From positions 96,001 to 160,000 of the forward strand of contig JAZAMN010000059.1 in NCBI GenBank assembly GCA_036229005.1: a stretch of 64,000 bases of DNA. Reading direction: 5' to 3'. Under the pieces are notes generated by a model that saw only the letters and a list, made by a program, of their open reading frames with translations, was not told where the DNA came from and made no database searches. The translations under genes were made by a program, and so were the position numbers. The stretch comes from Myxococcota bacterium (lineage in GTDB: Bacteria; Myxococcota_A; UBA796; CAJQPC01). Below, piece by piece: positions 18,751 to 28,008 of this stretch; positions within the stretch are counted from its first letter, which is position 1, and every line of letters starts with the position of its first letter.

Positions 18751-19055
18751 CGAGCTCGCGGCTACGCCCTCTCAGTGAGCGCCCGGGGGTAGCCAGGGCC
18801 TCTGAGTGAGCGCCCGCTGGAGGCTACGCCCCACCGGTGAGCGCTTTTGCCACCGTTTGGCGCCCGAGAGCCGCAGATCCGGCCCCAGACCCGCCAATTC
18901 AAGCCCAAATCGCCCAGATCGGTGGGCCGATCGCTCACTGAGCACCCCTGGCCTCAGCCGAGCGCTCACTGAGCCCCTCTAGCCTCAGTGCCCCGCTCAC
19001 TCAGACCCGGTAGCCGCCGCCCCCCGCTCACTCAGACCCGCTGGCCCCCCGACTC
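18751..19055. repeat. Seven 31-bp units, consensus CGCTCACT(G/C)AG-N6-T(A/G)GCC-N9, in two oppositely oriented arms (3 + 4) around an 88-bp core
   Basis: GTGAGCG at 18775, 18806, 18837; CGCTCAC at 18932, 18963, 18994, 19025. Every within-arm step is exactly 31 bp. Confidence 0.9.
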
Positions 19056-20403
19056 AGCGCCCCGTCACCGCCAGACGCCGCCGCAGCAGCGCCACGTCGG
19101 GCCCGTCGAGCTCGGCCCCCTCCAGCACCGCGGCCTGCCACTCCAGCACCTGCGCGGCGGCCTTCTTGCCCGCCTCCACACCCGGCTGGTGGTAGGCGTT
19201 GATCCCCGACCAGGTCGCGTAGAAGCCCACGGCCCGCTCGTAGAGGGCGATCAGGGCGCCCAGGGTCCGAGCGTCGACCCGCTCGACCTCCAGGGTGAGG
19301 CTCTGGCGGCCCGCCTCCCGCAGCGCCCGCCGGGTCCCCAGCAGGAAGCCCAGCAGGTAGTCGCCGATGCGCACGCCGGGCTCGACCTCCAGGTCCCCGA
19401 GCGCGCCGGCCCCCTCGTCCGAGAGCACGGCCACGAAGCTCACAAAGAAGTCGTCCGGCCCGTCTCGGAGCTGCTGTACGAACGCGTGCTGGTCGGTAGA
19501 GCCCTTGTTTCCGTACACGCTCAGGCCCACGCGCTGGCCGTCTTCGCGCTCCTTGCCCAGCGACTCCATCACGAGCTGCTGGAGGTAGCGAGAGAGCAGC
19601 AGCAGGCGGTCGCAGTAGGGCAGCATCACCATCGCGCGCGGGCGGCCGCTCTGCGCCGACCACCAGGCCTGGGCCAGCGCCAGGGCGGGGTTGCCGTGCT
19701 CGCCGCGGGTGCATCGGTCCATCTCGGCCGCCCCCTGAACGAAGGCCTCCCAGTCCAACCCGCACAGGGCCATGGGGAGCAGACCGACGGCCGCGTGCAG
19801 GCTGGTGCGCCCACCGACCCAATCCCACATGGGCACACGGGCGCGCCACCCCTGGGCCTCAGCGAGGACATCGAGCTTGGAGCCCACCCCGGTCACCGCG
19901 ATGGCGTGCTGCGCGAAGTCCAGCCCCGCCGCCGCGTAGGCCGCCTGCGTGGCCAGCATGCCGTTGCGGGTCTCCTTGGTGCCCCCCGACTTGGAGATCA
20001 CCAGCACCCCGGTGCGCTCCAGCGGCAGCCCGTCCAGCACCCGCGCCATGCCCACCGGATCGGTGTTGTCGATGAACGCGGCCTTGGCCCCCAGGGCATC
20101 CAGCACGAGCTGCGGCCCCAGCGCGGAGCCGCCGATCCCCACCATCAGCAGGTGTTCGAAGGGCCAGTCCGCGGCCAGCGCGCGGAGCTGCGCCCAGAGC
20201 GCGTGGATCTCCGCCCCCAGACCGTCGGGGGCCAGCTCAGGCGCCCGCAGCCAGTAGTGACCGACCCGTCGGCCCTCGTCCGGGTTCGCGATGGCCCCGG
20301 CCTCCAGCGCCCGCATGGCGACCAGCGCCCGCTCGGTGCTCTGGGGCGCAGCCGCGCCCATGTCGCAAAGGTCCAGGGCGATGCCCGCAGCCTCGACTCG
20401 CAT
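19054..20403 (-). CDS. pgi: Glucose-6-phosphate isomerase
   Basis: [51 protein letters not shown]. Confidence 0.96.
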   Translation of the reverse strand: MRVEAAGIALDLCDMGAAAPQSTERALVAMRALEAGAIANPDEGRRVGHYWLRAPELAPDGLGAEIHALWAQLRALAADWPFEHLLMVGIGGSALGPQLVLDALGAKAAFIDNTDPVGMARVLDGLPLERTGVLVISKSGGTKETRNGMLATQAAYAAAGLDFAQHAIAVTGVGSKLDVLAEAQGWRARVPMWDWVGGRTSLHAAVGLLPMALCGLDWEAFVQGAAEMDRCTRGEHGNPALALAQAWWSAQSGRPRAMVMLPYCDRLLLLSRYLQQLVMESLGKEREDGQRVGLSVYGNKGSTDQHAFVQQLRDGPDDFFVSFVAVLSDEGAGALGDLEVEPGVRIGDYLLGFLLGTRRALREAGRQSLTLEVERVDARTLGALIALYERAVGFYATWSGINAYHQPGVEAGKKAAAQVLEWQAAVLEGAELDGPDVALLRRRLAVTGR

Positions 20404-20404
20404 T

Positions 20405-21700
20405 TCAGGCCTCCACAAGCTCGATGCGCACCAGCTTCTTCACGTTGGCGCAAGCGCTCTGACCGTCCTCGGGCGGAACGAGCACACGGAAGGGCCCGCC
20501 CTTGTCCTCGGGCACGGGCGCCCCATCCACCGAGTGCAGCACCATCGCGTCCCCCAGCTCGCCCACCGGGGTGGGCCCGGAGACCATCCCGTCCGCCGCG
20601 ACCAGCACCACCTGGGCGCCCTCCATCGGGTGCAGCAGCCCCACGATCTCCCGCAGGTAGACGGCCTGCCCCGCCCGCTTGGGCACGCGCTCGGCGACGT
20701 CCGCGATCTGCCCCGGCAGGGCCGCGAGGCTCCAGCGGTTCAGGCGCGCCCGGTAGCTCCCCCCGTCGCTCAGCCGCAGCTCGCCCAGCACCGAAGGGTC
20801 TTCGCTGTAGCGGGCCGCATCCAGAGCCCCCAGCAGCCCGGTGGCCTCGCTTGCATCCCCCTTGACGATGACGTCGACCGCCGAGGTGCTGCGCAGCCCG
20901 GTGGGCCGGGCATGGACCTGGCCACCCGCCCGCTCCATCAGCGTCCACCCAAGGTCCGTGTGGAAGAGCCCCTTGACCCGCTCCGCGCCGCAGTCCGCGA
21001 GCACCGCCCGGAGCGCCTTCTGGTCGAACACCACCTCGGGCTCCCAGGTCTGGCTGGCGGCCGCGTAGCCCGCCGTGGACAGGCCCGGCTTGTGCACCCG
21101 GATGCCCGGCCCCTGTCGCCGCAGGTCGAAGAGCCCGGGGTCGACCTTGCCGGAGCGCGTCTCCACCACCGCCAGCCAGGGGGGGAAGTGGTCGGCCGTC
21201 GCCGCCTTGGCCGCCTCCAGCGTGTCCACGTCGCACTGGTCGCCAAAGTTCAGGATCAGCACGTCCGCCGCGTCGAGCTGCTCCAGGAGCAGCGCGGGGG
21301 CCAGGCCCTTGAGTCGCCGCGGGTCCAGCACCCCCACCACGGGCGCCAGCTCCAACTGAGCGGCCACCTTGGAGCGCGAGAGCGTGTCCAGGATGTCCGC
21401 CGGGCGGGCGAGCCCCGTGGCCTCGATGAAGATGCGGTCAGGGGGCGGCTCCTGAGCCAGCAACGCCTCGACCGAGGGGGCCAGGTCCTCGGGCGCCGTG
21501 CAGCACACGCAGCCGCCGGGGATCTCCTGGATGGTCGCCTTCCCCGAAAGCAGGGTCGCGTCGATCCGGGCTTCCCCGAAATCGTTCACCACCACCGCGC
21601 ATCGCTCCTGCTCCTGCCGGGTCTCAAGCTGGTTGAGCAACAGCGAGGTCTTCCCGCTGCCCAGGAATCCGGTGACGAGGTGAAGGGGCGTGCGGGCCAT
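20405..21700 (-). CDS. COG0523/CobW-family G3E GTPase with a C-terminal sulfite-oxidase-type molybdopterin-binding-like domain
   Basis: [27 protein letters not shown]-terminus AADG...[18 protein letters not shown]...[11 protein letters not shown]. Confidence 0.85.
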   Translation of the reverse strand: MARTPLHLVTGFLGSGKTSLLLNQLETRQEQERCAVVVNDFGEARIDATLLSGKATIQEIPGGCVCCTAPEDLAPSVEALLAQEPPPDRIFIEATGLARPADILDTLSRSKVAAQLELAPVVGVLDPRRLKGLAPALLLEQLDAADVLILNFGDQCDVDTLEAAKAATADHFPPWLAVVETRSGKVDPGLFDLRRQGPGIRVHKPGLSTAGYAAASQTWEPEVVFDQKALRAVLADCGAERVKGLFHTDLGWTLMERAGGQVHARPTGLRSTSAVDVIVKGDASEATGLLGALDAARYSEDPSVLGELRLSDGGSYRARLNRWSLAALPGQIADVAERVPKRAGQAVYLREIVGLLHPMEGAQVVLVAADGMVSGPTPVGELGDAMVLHSVDGAPVPEDKGGPFRVLVPPEDGQSACANVKKLVRIELVEA

Positions 21701-21780
21701 GGGCTCTCCAGTCGGGGGGTGGACCTATCCGCCGCGCGCGGCGGTGCCAGCCTTGAGCCCCCGGAGCCCCCGCCTTGCGC

Positions 21781-22731
21781 CTACTTCACCGAGCGCAGGA
21801 GCTTGTTCACGTCCGACCAGCGCTTGCTGCTGGAGGAGGCGCCCAGGACGGAGACGACCACCCGCCGCCCACTGTCGAGCTCCACCACGCCGACAAAGCA
21901 GTAGCCCGCCGTGTCGGTGTACCCGGTCTTGCCAGCGAGGACCTGCAGGTCCCCTCTCCCAACCAGCCGGTCGGTGCTGTAGAGCAGGCGGTTGGGGCTG
22001 CCGTCGGCCTGCTCCAGCCACCAGCTCGGGGCGCTCGCCGCGATGCTCAAGGTGGGGTGCGCCGAGACCGCGACGGCGGCCTTGGCCATGTCCCGGGCGG
22101 TCGACAGGTTCTCGTCGTCCAGCCCCGAGGGCTCCGCCCAGCTCGAGCTCACCATGCCCAGGTCCGCGCTGACCTGATGCATGCGCTGGTTGAAGGCGTC
22201 CCAGTCCAGGCCGCTGGCCACCTGCACGCCGTAGGCGCCCCGGTTGTCGGAGCTCACCATCGCCGCGCCCAGCAGGTCGTAGCCCCGGTAGCACTCCCCC
22301 GTGGAGAGCTTGGAGTAGGCGCCGCTGCGGGTGGGGTAGAAGCGCGCGTCCACGCAGTAGGTGTCATCCAGCCCCCGGCCCTCGCTGGCCCAGGTCAGCC
22401 CGGTGGTCAGCTTGGTCAGGGACGCCACAGGCCGCAGGTTGTCCGCGCTCTCCGCGTGCAGCACCCGCCCCTCGTCCAGATCGAAGAGGAAGCTGGCCCG
22501 CGCGTTGATGCCGGAGACCGTCTCCTGCCCGGGCGCGTCCATCTCCGGGAGCACCTGCAGGGCCTGGGGTGCGGGGTGCCACGCCGGCGGGGTCCAGGGC
22601 AGCACCGTCGGCCGCTCGGGGAGGGCCTCCTGGGCGTCCACCGTGGGGACCAACGCCACCCCGATGCACGCCACCGACAGGACCGCCAACACCGCTGCTG
22701 CCCGCGCACGCAAGGCCTTCTTCTCACCCAT
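21781..22731 (-). CDS. D-alanyl-D-alanine carboxy/endopeptidase (peptidase S11, PBP7-like)
   Basis: ASLTKL (SxxK), SSDN (SxN), KTGYT (KTG); signal peptide. Confidence 0.92.
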   Translation of the reverse strand: MGEKKALRARAAAVLAVLSVACIGVALVPTVDAQEALPERPTVLPWTPPAWHPAPQALQVLPEMDAPGQETVSGINARASFLFDLDEGRVLHAESADNLRPVASLTKLTTGLTWASEGRGLDDTYCVDARFYPTRSGAYSKLSTGECYRGYDLLGAAMVSSDNRGAYGVQVASGLDWDAFNQRMHQVSADLGMVSSSWAEPSGLDDENLSTARDMAKAAVAVSAHPTLSIAASAPSWWLEQADGSPNRLLYSTDRLVGRGDLQVLAGKTGYTDTAGYCFVGVVELDSGRRVVVSVLGASSSSKRWSDVNKLLRSVK

Positions 22732-22865
22732 TCCTGGTGCCTCCAGGCGCCCAGAGGATCCCGTTTCTGTTGACTTGTCAAGAAGCAAGTGAAACAAGCC
22801 TCTGAGGGAGCACCCCAGCGCCCCTTTGCCTGGACGCCCAAAGCCCCCGCGACTAGAGACCCCAG

Positions 22866-23483
22866 ATGCCCACCCTGTCCCTCTCGCTGCTGCTCGCCTG
22901 TGGCCCAGACATGGCGCCCCAGGACACCGGCGATCTGCCCGCGGACCTGGCCCCGCTCCTCAAGAACACGGCCGACTACCCCGCTGACCAGGCCGAGACC
23001 CTCAACCTGGAGCTGGGCGAAGAGTCCGACTACGACTGGGTCCACGGCAAGGGCTACCTGCACGCCGATCTGCAGAGCTCCTGGGCCGCGATGCAGGAGC
23101 CCCTGGTCCTGCTGGACCGCCGCAAGGTCAGCGAGTGGTCCGTGGAGTGGGACACCCGCCCCCAGTACGCGGTCTCCCACACCACCCACAACGTCGTCCC
23201 GGACATCGTGACCATCGAGTTCGACATGGACTGGTGGCAGGACGAAGTCTCGGATGGACGAGTGGCTGGTCGCTACGAGAAGACCGAGGGCACACCCTTC
23301 ATCACCTCGATGGCCGGTGGCTTCTTGCTGATCCCGATCAGCGAGGAGATCACGGCCATCGAGATCATCGGCACCCTGGACGCCGCCCAGCGCGGCCCCG
23401 AGCCCGTGGCCGAGTACTGGACCGACGTGTACGCCGACGCCGTGGCCACCGTGCACGGGGAAGATCTGCCCGAACTGGACTGA
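22866..23483 (+). CDS. Hypothetical lipoprotein
   Basis: MPTLSLSLLLAC start; acidic globular domain; GC3-biased codons. Confidence 0.75.
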   Translation: MPTLSLSLLLACGPDMAPQDTGDLPADLAPLLKNTADYPADQAETLNLELGEESDYDWVHGKGYLHADLQSSWAAMQEPLVLLDRRKVSEWSVEWDTRPQYAVSHTTHNVVPDIVTIEFDMDWWQDEVSDGRVAGRYEKTEGTPFITSMAGGFLLIPISEEITAIEIIGTLDAAQRGPEPVAEYWTDVYADAVATVHGEDLPELD

Positions 23484-23552
23484 TCCGGGGATGCTGGGTT
23501 ACACGCCCGGGTCCCGCGACCCTGGTCGCCCACGAACCCCATGGAGAGTCCC

Positions 23553-23684
23553 ATGCCCAAGTCCGCGTCTGCCCGTCACCGCGCCAAGCTCAAGGCCAAG
23601 AAGCGCAAGGAGCGTATGCGCAAGAGCGGCGCCCTGCGCGTGCGCAAGCCCGGTGGCCGTATGAAGAAGACCAACCGCAAGTAG
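23553..23684 (+). CDS. 43-aa highly basic small protein (below the ORF-track cutoff)
   Basis: Hand translation MPKSASARHRAKLKAKKRKERMRKSGALRVRKPGGRMKKTNRK*. GGAGAG RBS; all Lys codons are AAG; fills the gap between two + strand genes. An in-frame ATG at 23541 is an alternative start. Confidence 0.8.
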   Translation: MPKSASARHRAKLKAKKRKERMRKSGALRVRKPGGRMKKTNRK

Positions 23685-23714
23685 AGCAGTGCTACCCTCC
23701 GATCCGGAGGATTC

Positions 23715-24035
23715 ATGCACATCTGCAACCACTGCGGATCCCCGGCTCCGGCCGGCAACGACTGCCCCCACTGCTCGGCTCGGCTGGCCTCCAGCCCCAA
23801 GCCGGTGCTGCTGGGGGCAGCGGCGCTCCTTGGGCTCAGCCTCACAGCCTGCACCGGCATCGGCGAGCCCGCGGCGCTCTACGGCGCCCCCGACAGCGGC
23901 TGGATCGACAGCGACGGCGACGGCACCCGCGATCGCCAGGACTGCGCCCCCGAAGACGCCGAGGTCTACCCGGGCGCCCCGGAGACCGCCGACGACGGCG
24001 TCGACTCCAACTGTGACGGTGAAGACAACACCTGA
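23715..24035 (+). CDS. Small protein: zinc ribbon + lipobox + LYGAP motif + MopE-like putative metal-binding repeat
   Basis: CNHC...CPHC, LLGLSLTAC, ALYGAP, DSDGDG...DC...VYPGAPE...DGVDSNCDG; GGAGG RBS. Confidence 0.85.
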   Translation: MHICNHCGSPAPAGNDCPHCSARLASSPKPVLLGAAALLGLSLTACTGIGEPAALYGAPDSGWIDSDGDGTRDRQDCAPEDAEVYPGAPETADDGVDSNCDGEDNT

Positions 24036-24122
24036 GCCCGATCCTGCGCCGGCGCAGCCTCCCGCCTTGCTCGCGCCCCTCTGGTGGATATGGATCCATT
24101 CCAGATCAAGCAGGAGAAACAC

Positions 24123-24599
24123 ATGGACAACGGACTGTCCCCCGACACCCGCCGCGCCCTGGCCCAGGGCCTCTCTACCGTCCTCGCGGACACCTACACC
24201 CTCTACCTCAAGACGCACAACTTCCACTGGAACGTGACCGGTCCCATGTTCCAGACCCTGCACGTGCTCTTCGAGACCCAGTACACCGAGCAGTGGGCCG
24301 CCGTGGACCAGCTCGCCGAGCGCATCCGCGCCCTGGGCTACCCCGCCCCCGGCTCCTACGCGCAGTTCGCCGCCCTGACCTCCATCGCCGAGGCCGACGG
24401 GGTCCCCGCCGCGCCCGAGATGATCAAGCAGCTCGCCGCTGGCCAGGACGCCGTCTGCCGCTCCGCCCGCGCCGTGGTGTCCATCGCCGAAGAGGCCGGT
24501 GACGTGGTCTCCGCCGACCTGCTCACCCAGCGCCTGACCGTGCACGAGAAGAACGCCTGGATGCTGCGCAGCCTGCTCGAGGACCACGGTGCAGCCTGA
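24123..24599 (+). CDS. dps: Dps DNA starvation/stationary phase ferritin-like protein
   Basis: LYLKTHNFHWNVTGPMF, DQLAERIRALG, HEKNAWML; AGGAG RBS. Confidence 0.97.
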   Translation: MDNGLSPDTRRALAQGLSTVLADTYTLYLKTHNFHWNVTGPMFQTLHVLFETQYTEQWAAVDQLAERIRALGYPAPGSYAQFAALTSIAEADGVPAAPEMIKQLAAGQDAVCRSARAVVSIAEEAGDVVSADLLTQRLTVHEKNAWMLRSLLEDHGAA

Positions 24600-25239
24600 G
24601 TTCTGGCACGAGCGCTGGCAGACCCAGACCATCGGCTTCCACCAGGACAAGGTGCACCCCGACCTGGAGTGCTTCTCCCCCCGCGGTCAGGACGGCCGCG
24701 TCTGCCGCATCCTGGTGCCCCTGTGCGGCAAGAGCTGGGACGTCCCCCACCTGGCCGCCAGCGGCCACCAGGTCGTAGGCGTGGAGCTCTCCCCCCTCGC
24801 CGCCAAGGCCATGATCCAGGAGCACAAGCTCCAGGTCCAGGAGAGCCAGCGGGGCCCCTTCCAGATCTTCCACAACGACTCCCTGGAGCTGCGGGTCGGC
24901 AACGTCTTCGATCTCGACGCCAGCGAGGACTTCGACGCCGTCTGGGACCGGGCCGCCCTGGTGGCCCTCAACCCCGAGCAGCGCGTCCGCTACGCCGCCC
25001 TGCTCACCAAGCTGCTGCGCCCCGGCGGCCAGATGCTGCTCAACGTGTTCGAGTACGACCAGGACAAGATGTCCGGCCCGCCCCACTCCGTCCCCTTGGA
25101 CGAGGTCAAGACCCACTACGCCGAGCACTTTGAGATCGAGGTCCTCCGCGAGGACGACATCCTGGAGCAGTCCCCCAAGTTCCGCGAGCGCGGCCTGGAC
25201 CGGCTGCTGGGCCGCCTCATCCACCTGACGCGCCGATAG
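24589..25239 (+). CDS. tpm: Thiopurine S-methyltransferase
   Basis: FWHERW...IGFHQ, LVPLCGKS, GVELS, WDRAALVAL, GPPHSV. Confidence 0.93.
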   Translation: MQPEFWHERWQTQTIGFHQDKVHPDLECFSPRGQDGRVCRILVPLCGKSWDVPHLAASGHQVVGVELSPLAAKAMIQEHKLQVQESQRGPFQIFHNDSLELRVGNVFDLDASEDFDAVWDRAALVALNPEQRVRYAALLTKLLRPGGQMLLNVFEYDQDKMSGPPHSVPLDEVKTHYAEHFEIEVLREDDILEQSPKFRERGLDRLLGRLIHLTRR

Positions 25240-25269
25240 GGCCTCGCCGCCCGGGTTAGGGGGTGCCGA

Positions 25270-25716
25270 ATGCAGCTCCCCGCCTGGCTCAACCAACCCT
25301 GGCTGGCCTCCATCCTGGGGGCCCCCAGGGCCACCCGCGCCATCACCGGCCTGGCCGCCCTGCAGCTCGGCGCTGAGCTGGCGGGGCTCTCCTTCTGGGG
25401 CTGCCCCAGCCGCCTGGCCTTTGGATTTCCTTGTCCGGGCTGCGGCCTCACCCGCGCCAGCGAGGCCCTGCTCCACGGGCACTGGTCCCAGGCCATGCAC
25501 CTGCACGCCTACGCGCCCGTGCTGCTGCTGCTCCTCCTCCTCATCGCAGTGGCGGCCGTGCTCCCAGTCCGCCAGCGGCAGACCCTCGCGGACCGCGTGG
25601 CGGCATGGGAGCAGAAAACTGCATTTTCCACCTTGCTCGCGCTGGGGCTGGTGGCGTACTACGTCACGCGCCTGGCCATGGGTCCTCGCGAACTGCAGAC
25701 CCTGCTGGCCGGCTGA
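25270..25716 (+). CDS. DUF2752-type membrane protein
   Basis: CP...GFPCPGCGLTRA motif followed by TM helices. Confidence 0.85.
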   Translation: MQLPAWLNQPWLASILGAPRATRAITGLAALQLGAELAGLSFWGCPSRLAFGFPCPGCGLTRASEALLHGHWSQAMHLHAYAPVLLLLLLLIAVAAVLPVRQRQTLADRVAAWEQKTAFSTLLALGLVAYYVTRLAMGPRELQTLLAG

Positions 25717-25750
25717 GCCACACCCCAAGTTCCCCTCCCAGGAGTCACAC

Positions 25751-25976
25751 ATGTCCGGAGCTCTCACCGCCCTGGCTGACCCTCATCAAGATGTTCGGTG
25801 ACAAGGAGGACGGTGGTGTCGGCAAGGGCATCGGCGGCTTCATCTGCGCCATCTACGCCCTGGTCTGGGGCTGGCAGAACCGCGCCAAGCACAACCACGA
25901 GAAGGTGATGCAGGTCTGGGGCGCGGCCATCGGCCTCGGCTTCGTGTTCAACGCCATCGCCCGCGCCATGGCCTGA
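25751..25976 (+). pseudogene. Small membrane protein, apparently frameshifted near its 5' end (or starting at ATG 25791)
   Basis: RBS-backed ATG 25751 (MSGALTALA) stops at 25801; the protein-like sequence WLTLIKMFG...YALVWGW...NAIARAMA is in another frame. Confidence 0.5.
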
Positions 25977-25996
25977 CCCTGGTCCCTGACCTACGC

Positions 25997-26021
25997 AACC
26001 CTCGGCCTCGGCCGGGGGTTT
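25997..26021 (+). terminator. Hairpin terminator between convergent genes
   Basis: AACCCTCGGCC-TC-GGCCGGGGGTT stem-loop with a short T run. Confidence 0.5.
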
Positions 26022-26069
26022 CGTGCTCTGGACCGAGCTCTGCCGGACGAGAGTCCCAAACAGGCAGAA

Positions 26070-26846
26070 CTATCCCTCGAGCAGCGCGCTCCCGATCGCA
26101 AAGGCCGCGAACAGCGCCACCGCGATCCACACCCCGCGCCACAGCCACCGACCCGCAAAGAGCCGCTGGTCATGCACCTTGGCCTCCTCCATCGCCCGAG
26201 GGACGTGGGTGAGCCCCAGCCGCTGGGGCGCCGCCGCCGCCAGCCCCATCGCCAAGGCCTGCCGCAGCAGCTCCCGCAGCACGTCGTCCTCGCGGGCACC
26301 CGAGCTCCACAGAGCGCTGGGCGACAAGATGAGCAGGAGGTCTGCCCCCGAGCGCTGCAGCGAGATGATCCGCCCCCAGGACCGCCGCTCCTCCACCCGC
26401 AGGTGAAGCTGCTTGAAGGCCCGCCGCACCCGCAAGCGCGCCCACAGGCTCCCGCCCCCCTGCGGCAGCTCCCCCAGCCGCGCCGCCTCCGCCAGGGCCA
26501 ACACAAAGGCGTGCCCCATCCCATGCTCGGCCACCAGCGCCGGCAGCGCCTCACGCAGCAGCCAATCAAGCTGGTACTCCGCCATCAGCCAGACCGTGTC
26601 CACGTACTCGGGCCCCGGCCCCCCGCCACGCCGCCCCCCACCCGCGAAGGGGTTGCCGTCCGCCGTGCCGTCCCGGATGGCCTCGTAGGCGGCGTTGATC
26701 GCCTTGAAGCGCTCGGTGGCCTGGGGGTCGTCGGGGTGCAGATCCGGGTGGTGCTGCCGCGCGAGCTTGCGAAAGGCCCGCTTGGCCTCATCCACGCTGG
26801 CGCCTGGGGCCAGCCCAAGGGTCTCGTAGGGGTTCCCGAAGCTCAT
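26070..26846 (-). CDS. J-domain (DnaJ-like) protein with a C-terminal TM helix
   Basis: [15 protein letters not shown] (HPD), FKAINAAYE. Confidence 0.9.
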   Translation of the reverse strand: MSFGNPYETLGLAPGASVDEAKRAFRKLARQHHPDLHPDDPQATERFKAINAAYEAIRDGTADGNPFAGGGRRGGGPGPEYVDTVWLMAEYQLDWLLREALPALVAEHGMGHAFVLALAEAARLGELPQGGGSLWARLRVRRAFKQLHLRVEERRSWGRIISLQRSGADLLLILSPSALWSSGAREDDVLRELLRQALAMGLAAAAPQRLGLTHVPRAMEEAKVHDQRLFAGRWLWRGVWIAVALFAAFAIGSALLEG

Positions 26847-26948
26847 CTGGATCAGCTAACGCCAAGCGCCCCCCTGCACCGGCTCGCCAGGCCCCTCAAC
26901 CCGGAGTACCCTGTGAGCACAGGGCAGGACGAGAGAGGAAGGCACCCC

Positions 26949-27347
26949 ATGCGCGGGACACCTTGGTTCACCCTTTTGCCTGCTGCGCTGCTCATCCCCC
27001 TCATCGGCTGCTTCGGCGCCAGCGAGGACACCAGCGGCCCAGAGGACACCGACCCCCTGGTCTGCGCCGAGCTCAGCCTTGAGGACTGCGCCACCGAAGG
27101 GGTCGCTCAGTGCAGCCTCCTCAGCGGGCGCGCCCTCCAGGACGACGGCGCCGGCGGCCAGTGCGTCGACTTCTCGGTCGACAGCGAGCCCATGGGCTGC
27201 ATCGACGACGACCAGGGCTGCGGCGACGCCGAGACCGTGGCCGCCCCCGCCGACGACCCCGAGAACTGCACCCACTGGTTCCCCTCCACCTGCCTGCCCG
27301 ACGGCTACGTCTACTGCGGCAGCAGCATCGACGAGTGTGCCCCATGA
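26949..27347 (+). CDS. Cys-rich acidic lipoprotein (paralog 1)
   Basis: LLIPLIGC lipobox; 10 further Cys; CGDAxTxAAPADDP motif shared with the next gene. Confidence 0.8.
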   Translation: MRGTPWFTLLPAALLIPLIGCFGASEDTSGPEDTDPLVCAELSLEDCATEGVAQCSLLSGRALQDDGAGGQCVDFSVDSEPMGCIDDDQGCGDAETVAAPADDPENCTHWFPSTCLPDGYVYCGSSIDECAP

Positions 27348-27688
27348 AGCGCCTGACCCTGACCCTGGCCGCCCTGCTCCCCCTGGTCGCCTGCAGCGCC
27401 GAGCAACGCTGCGCCGCCACCGCCGCCGAGGACTGCGCGGACGCCCGCGGCTGCGTCGAGCTCACCGGCCGGTCCGTGGAGACCGACGAGAGCGGCGAGG
27501 CCTGCGCCGACTACGACACCGAGCTGGAGGTCCTGGGCTGCATGGCCGCCGAGCAGGATTGCGGCGACGCCCTGACCCTGGCCGCCCCCGCCGACGACCC
27601 CACGGACTGCAGCTACTGGTTCACCAACACCTGCATCCCAGCGGACATGGTCGCCTGTGACGACTGGCCGGATGAGTGCTCGGAGTAG
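27344..27688 (+). CDS. Cys-rich acidic lipoprotein (paralog 2)
   Basis: MKRLTLTLAALLPLVAC; ATGA overlap with paralog 1; same 10-Cys pattern. Confidence 0.85.
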   Translation: MKRLTLTLAALLPLVACSAEQRCAATAAEDCADARGCVELTGRSVETDESGEACADYDTELEVLGCMAAEQDCGDALTLAAPADDPTDCSYWFTNTCIPADMVACDDWPDECSE

Positions 27689-27709
27689 TCGGACGCTGGT
27701 CCGGTTGAA

Positions 27710-27967
27710 TCACCAAGCACAGAGCGTCGTGAACTCCCCCATGGGGGTGTACACAAATTTCGAACGTCCCTGGCCGATCTGCTCGGTCATCCAGCCGCTG
27801 ATGTTGGCCTCCTGCTTCTCAAGGCTCAACCCCCCAAAGCGGCTGTGGCAGACCGCCTCCTTCTGGTCCCCCGCCTGAGCCGGGCTGGCGACCAGGAGTG
27901 CGCCCACTCCTGCCCCCAGGACGAAGGTGACTGCGGCGATTCCAAGGGCCTTGGGGCTGATGTACAT
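27710..27967 (-). CDS. Small secreted hypothetical protein
   Basis: AGGAG RBS, signal peptide ending AQA, two Cys, ends LCAW. Confidence 0.7.
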   Translation of the reverse strand: MYISPKALGIAAVTFVLGAGVGALLVASPAQAGDQKEAVCHSRFGGLSLEKQEANISGWMTEQIGQGRSKFVYTPMGEFTTLCAW

Positions 27968-28008
27968 GGCTGCTCCTATGGCCTGCAGAGTACACCGCCG
28001 CGGCCCCC

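Noticed and set aside
18751..19055. Repeat array as a CRISPR locus
   Set aside because: Conserved boxes are only 11 + 5 bp, the period is 31 bp, the arms are inverted, and there are no cas genes.
22770..22781. TTGAC-TT-GTCAA palindrome between divergent genes
   Set aside because: Could be an operator or overlapping -35 boxes, but spacing does not fit FNR/CRP and no matching -10 was found.
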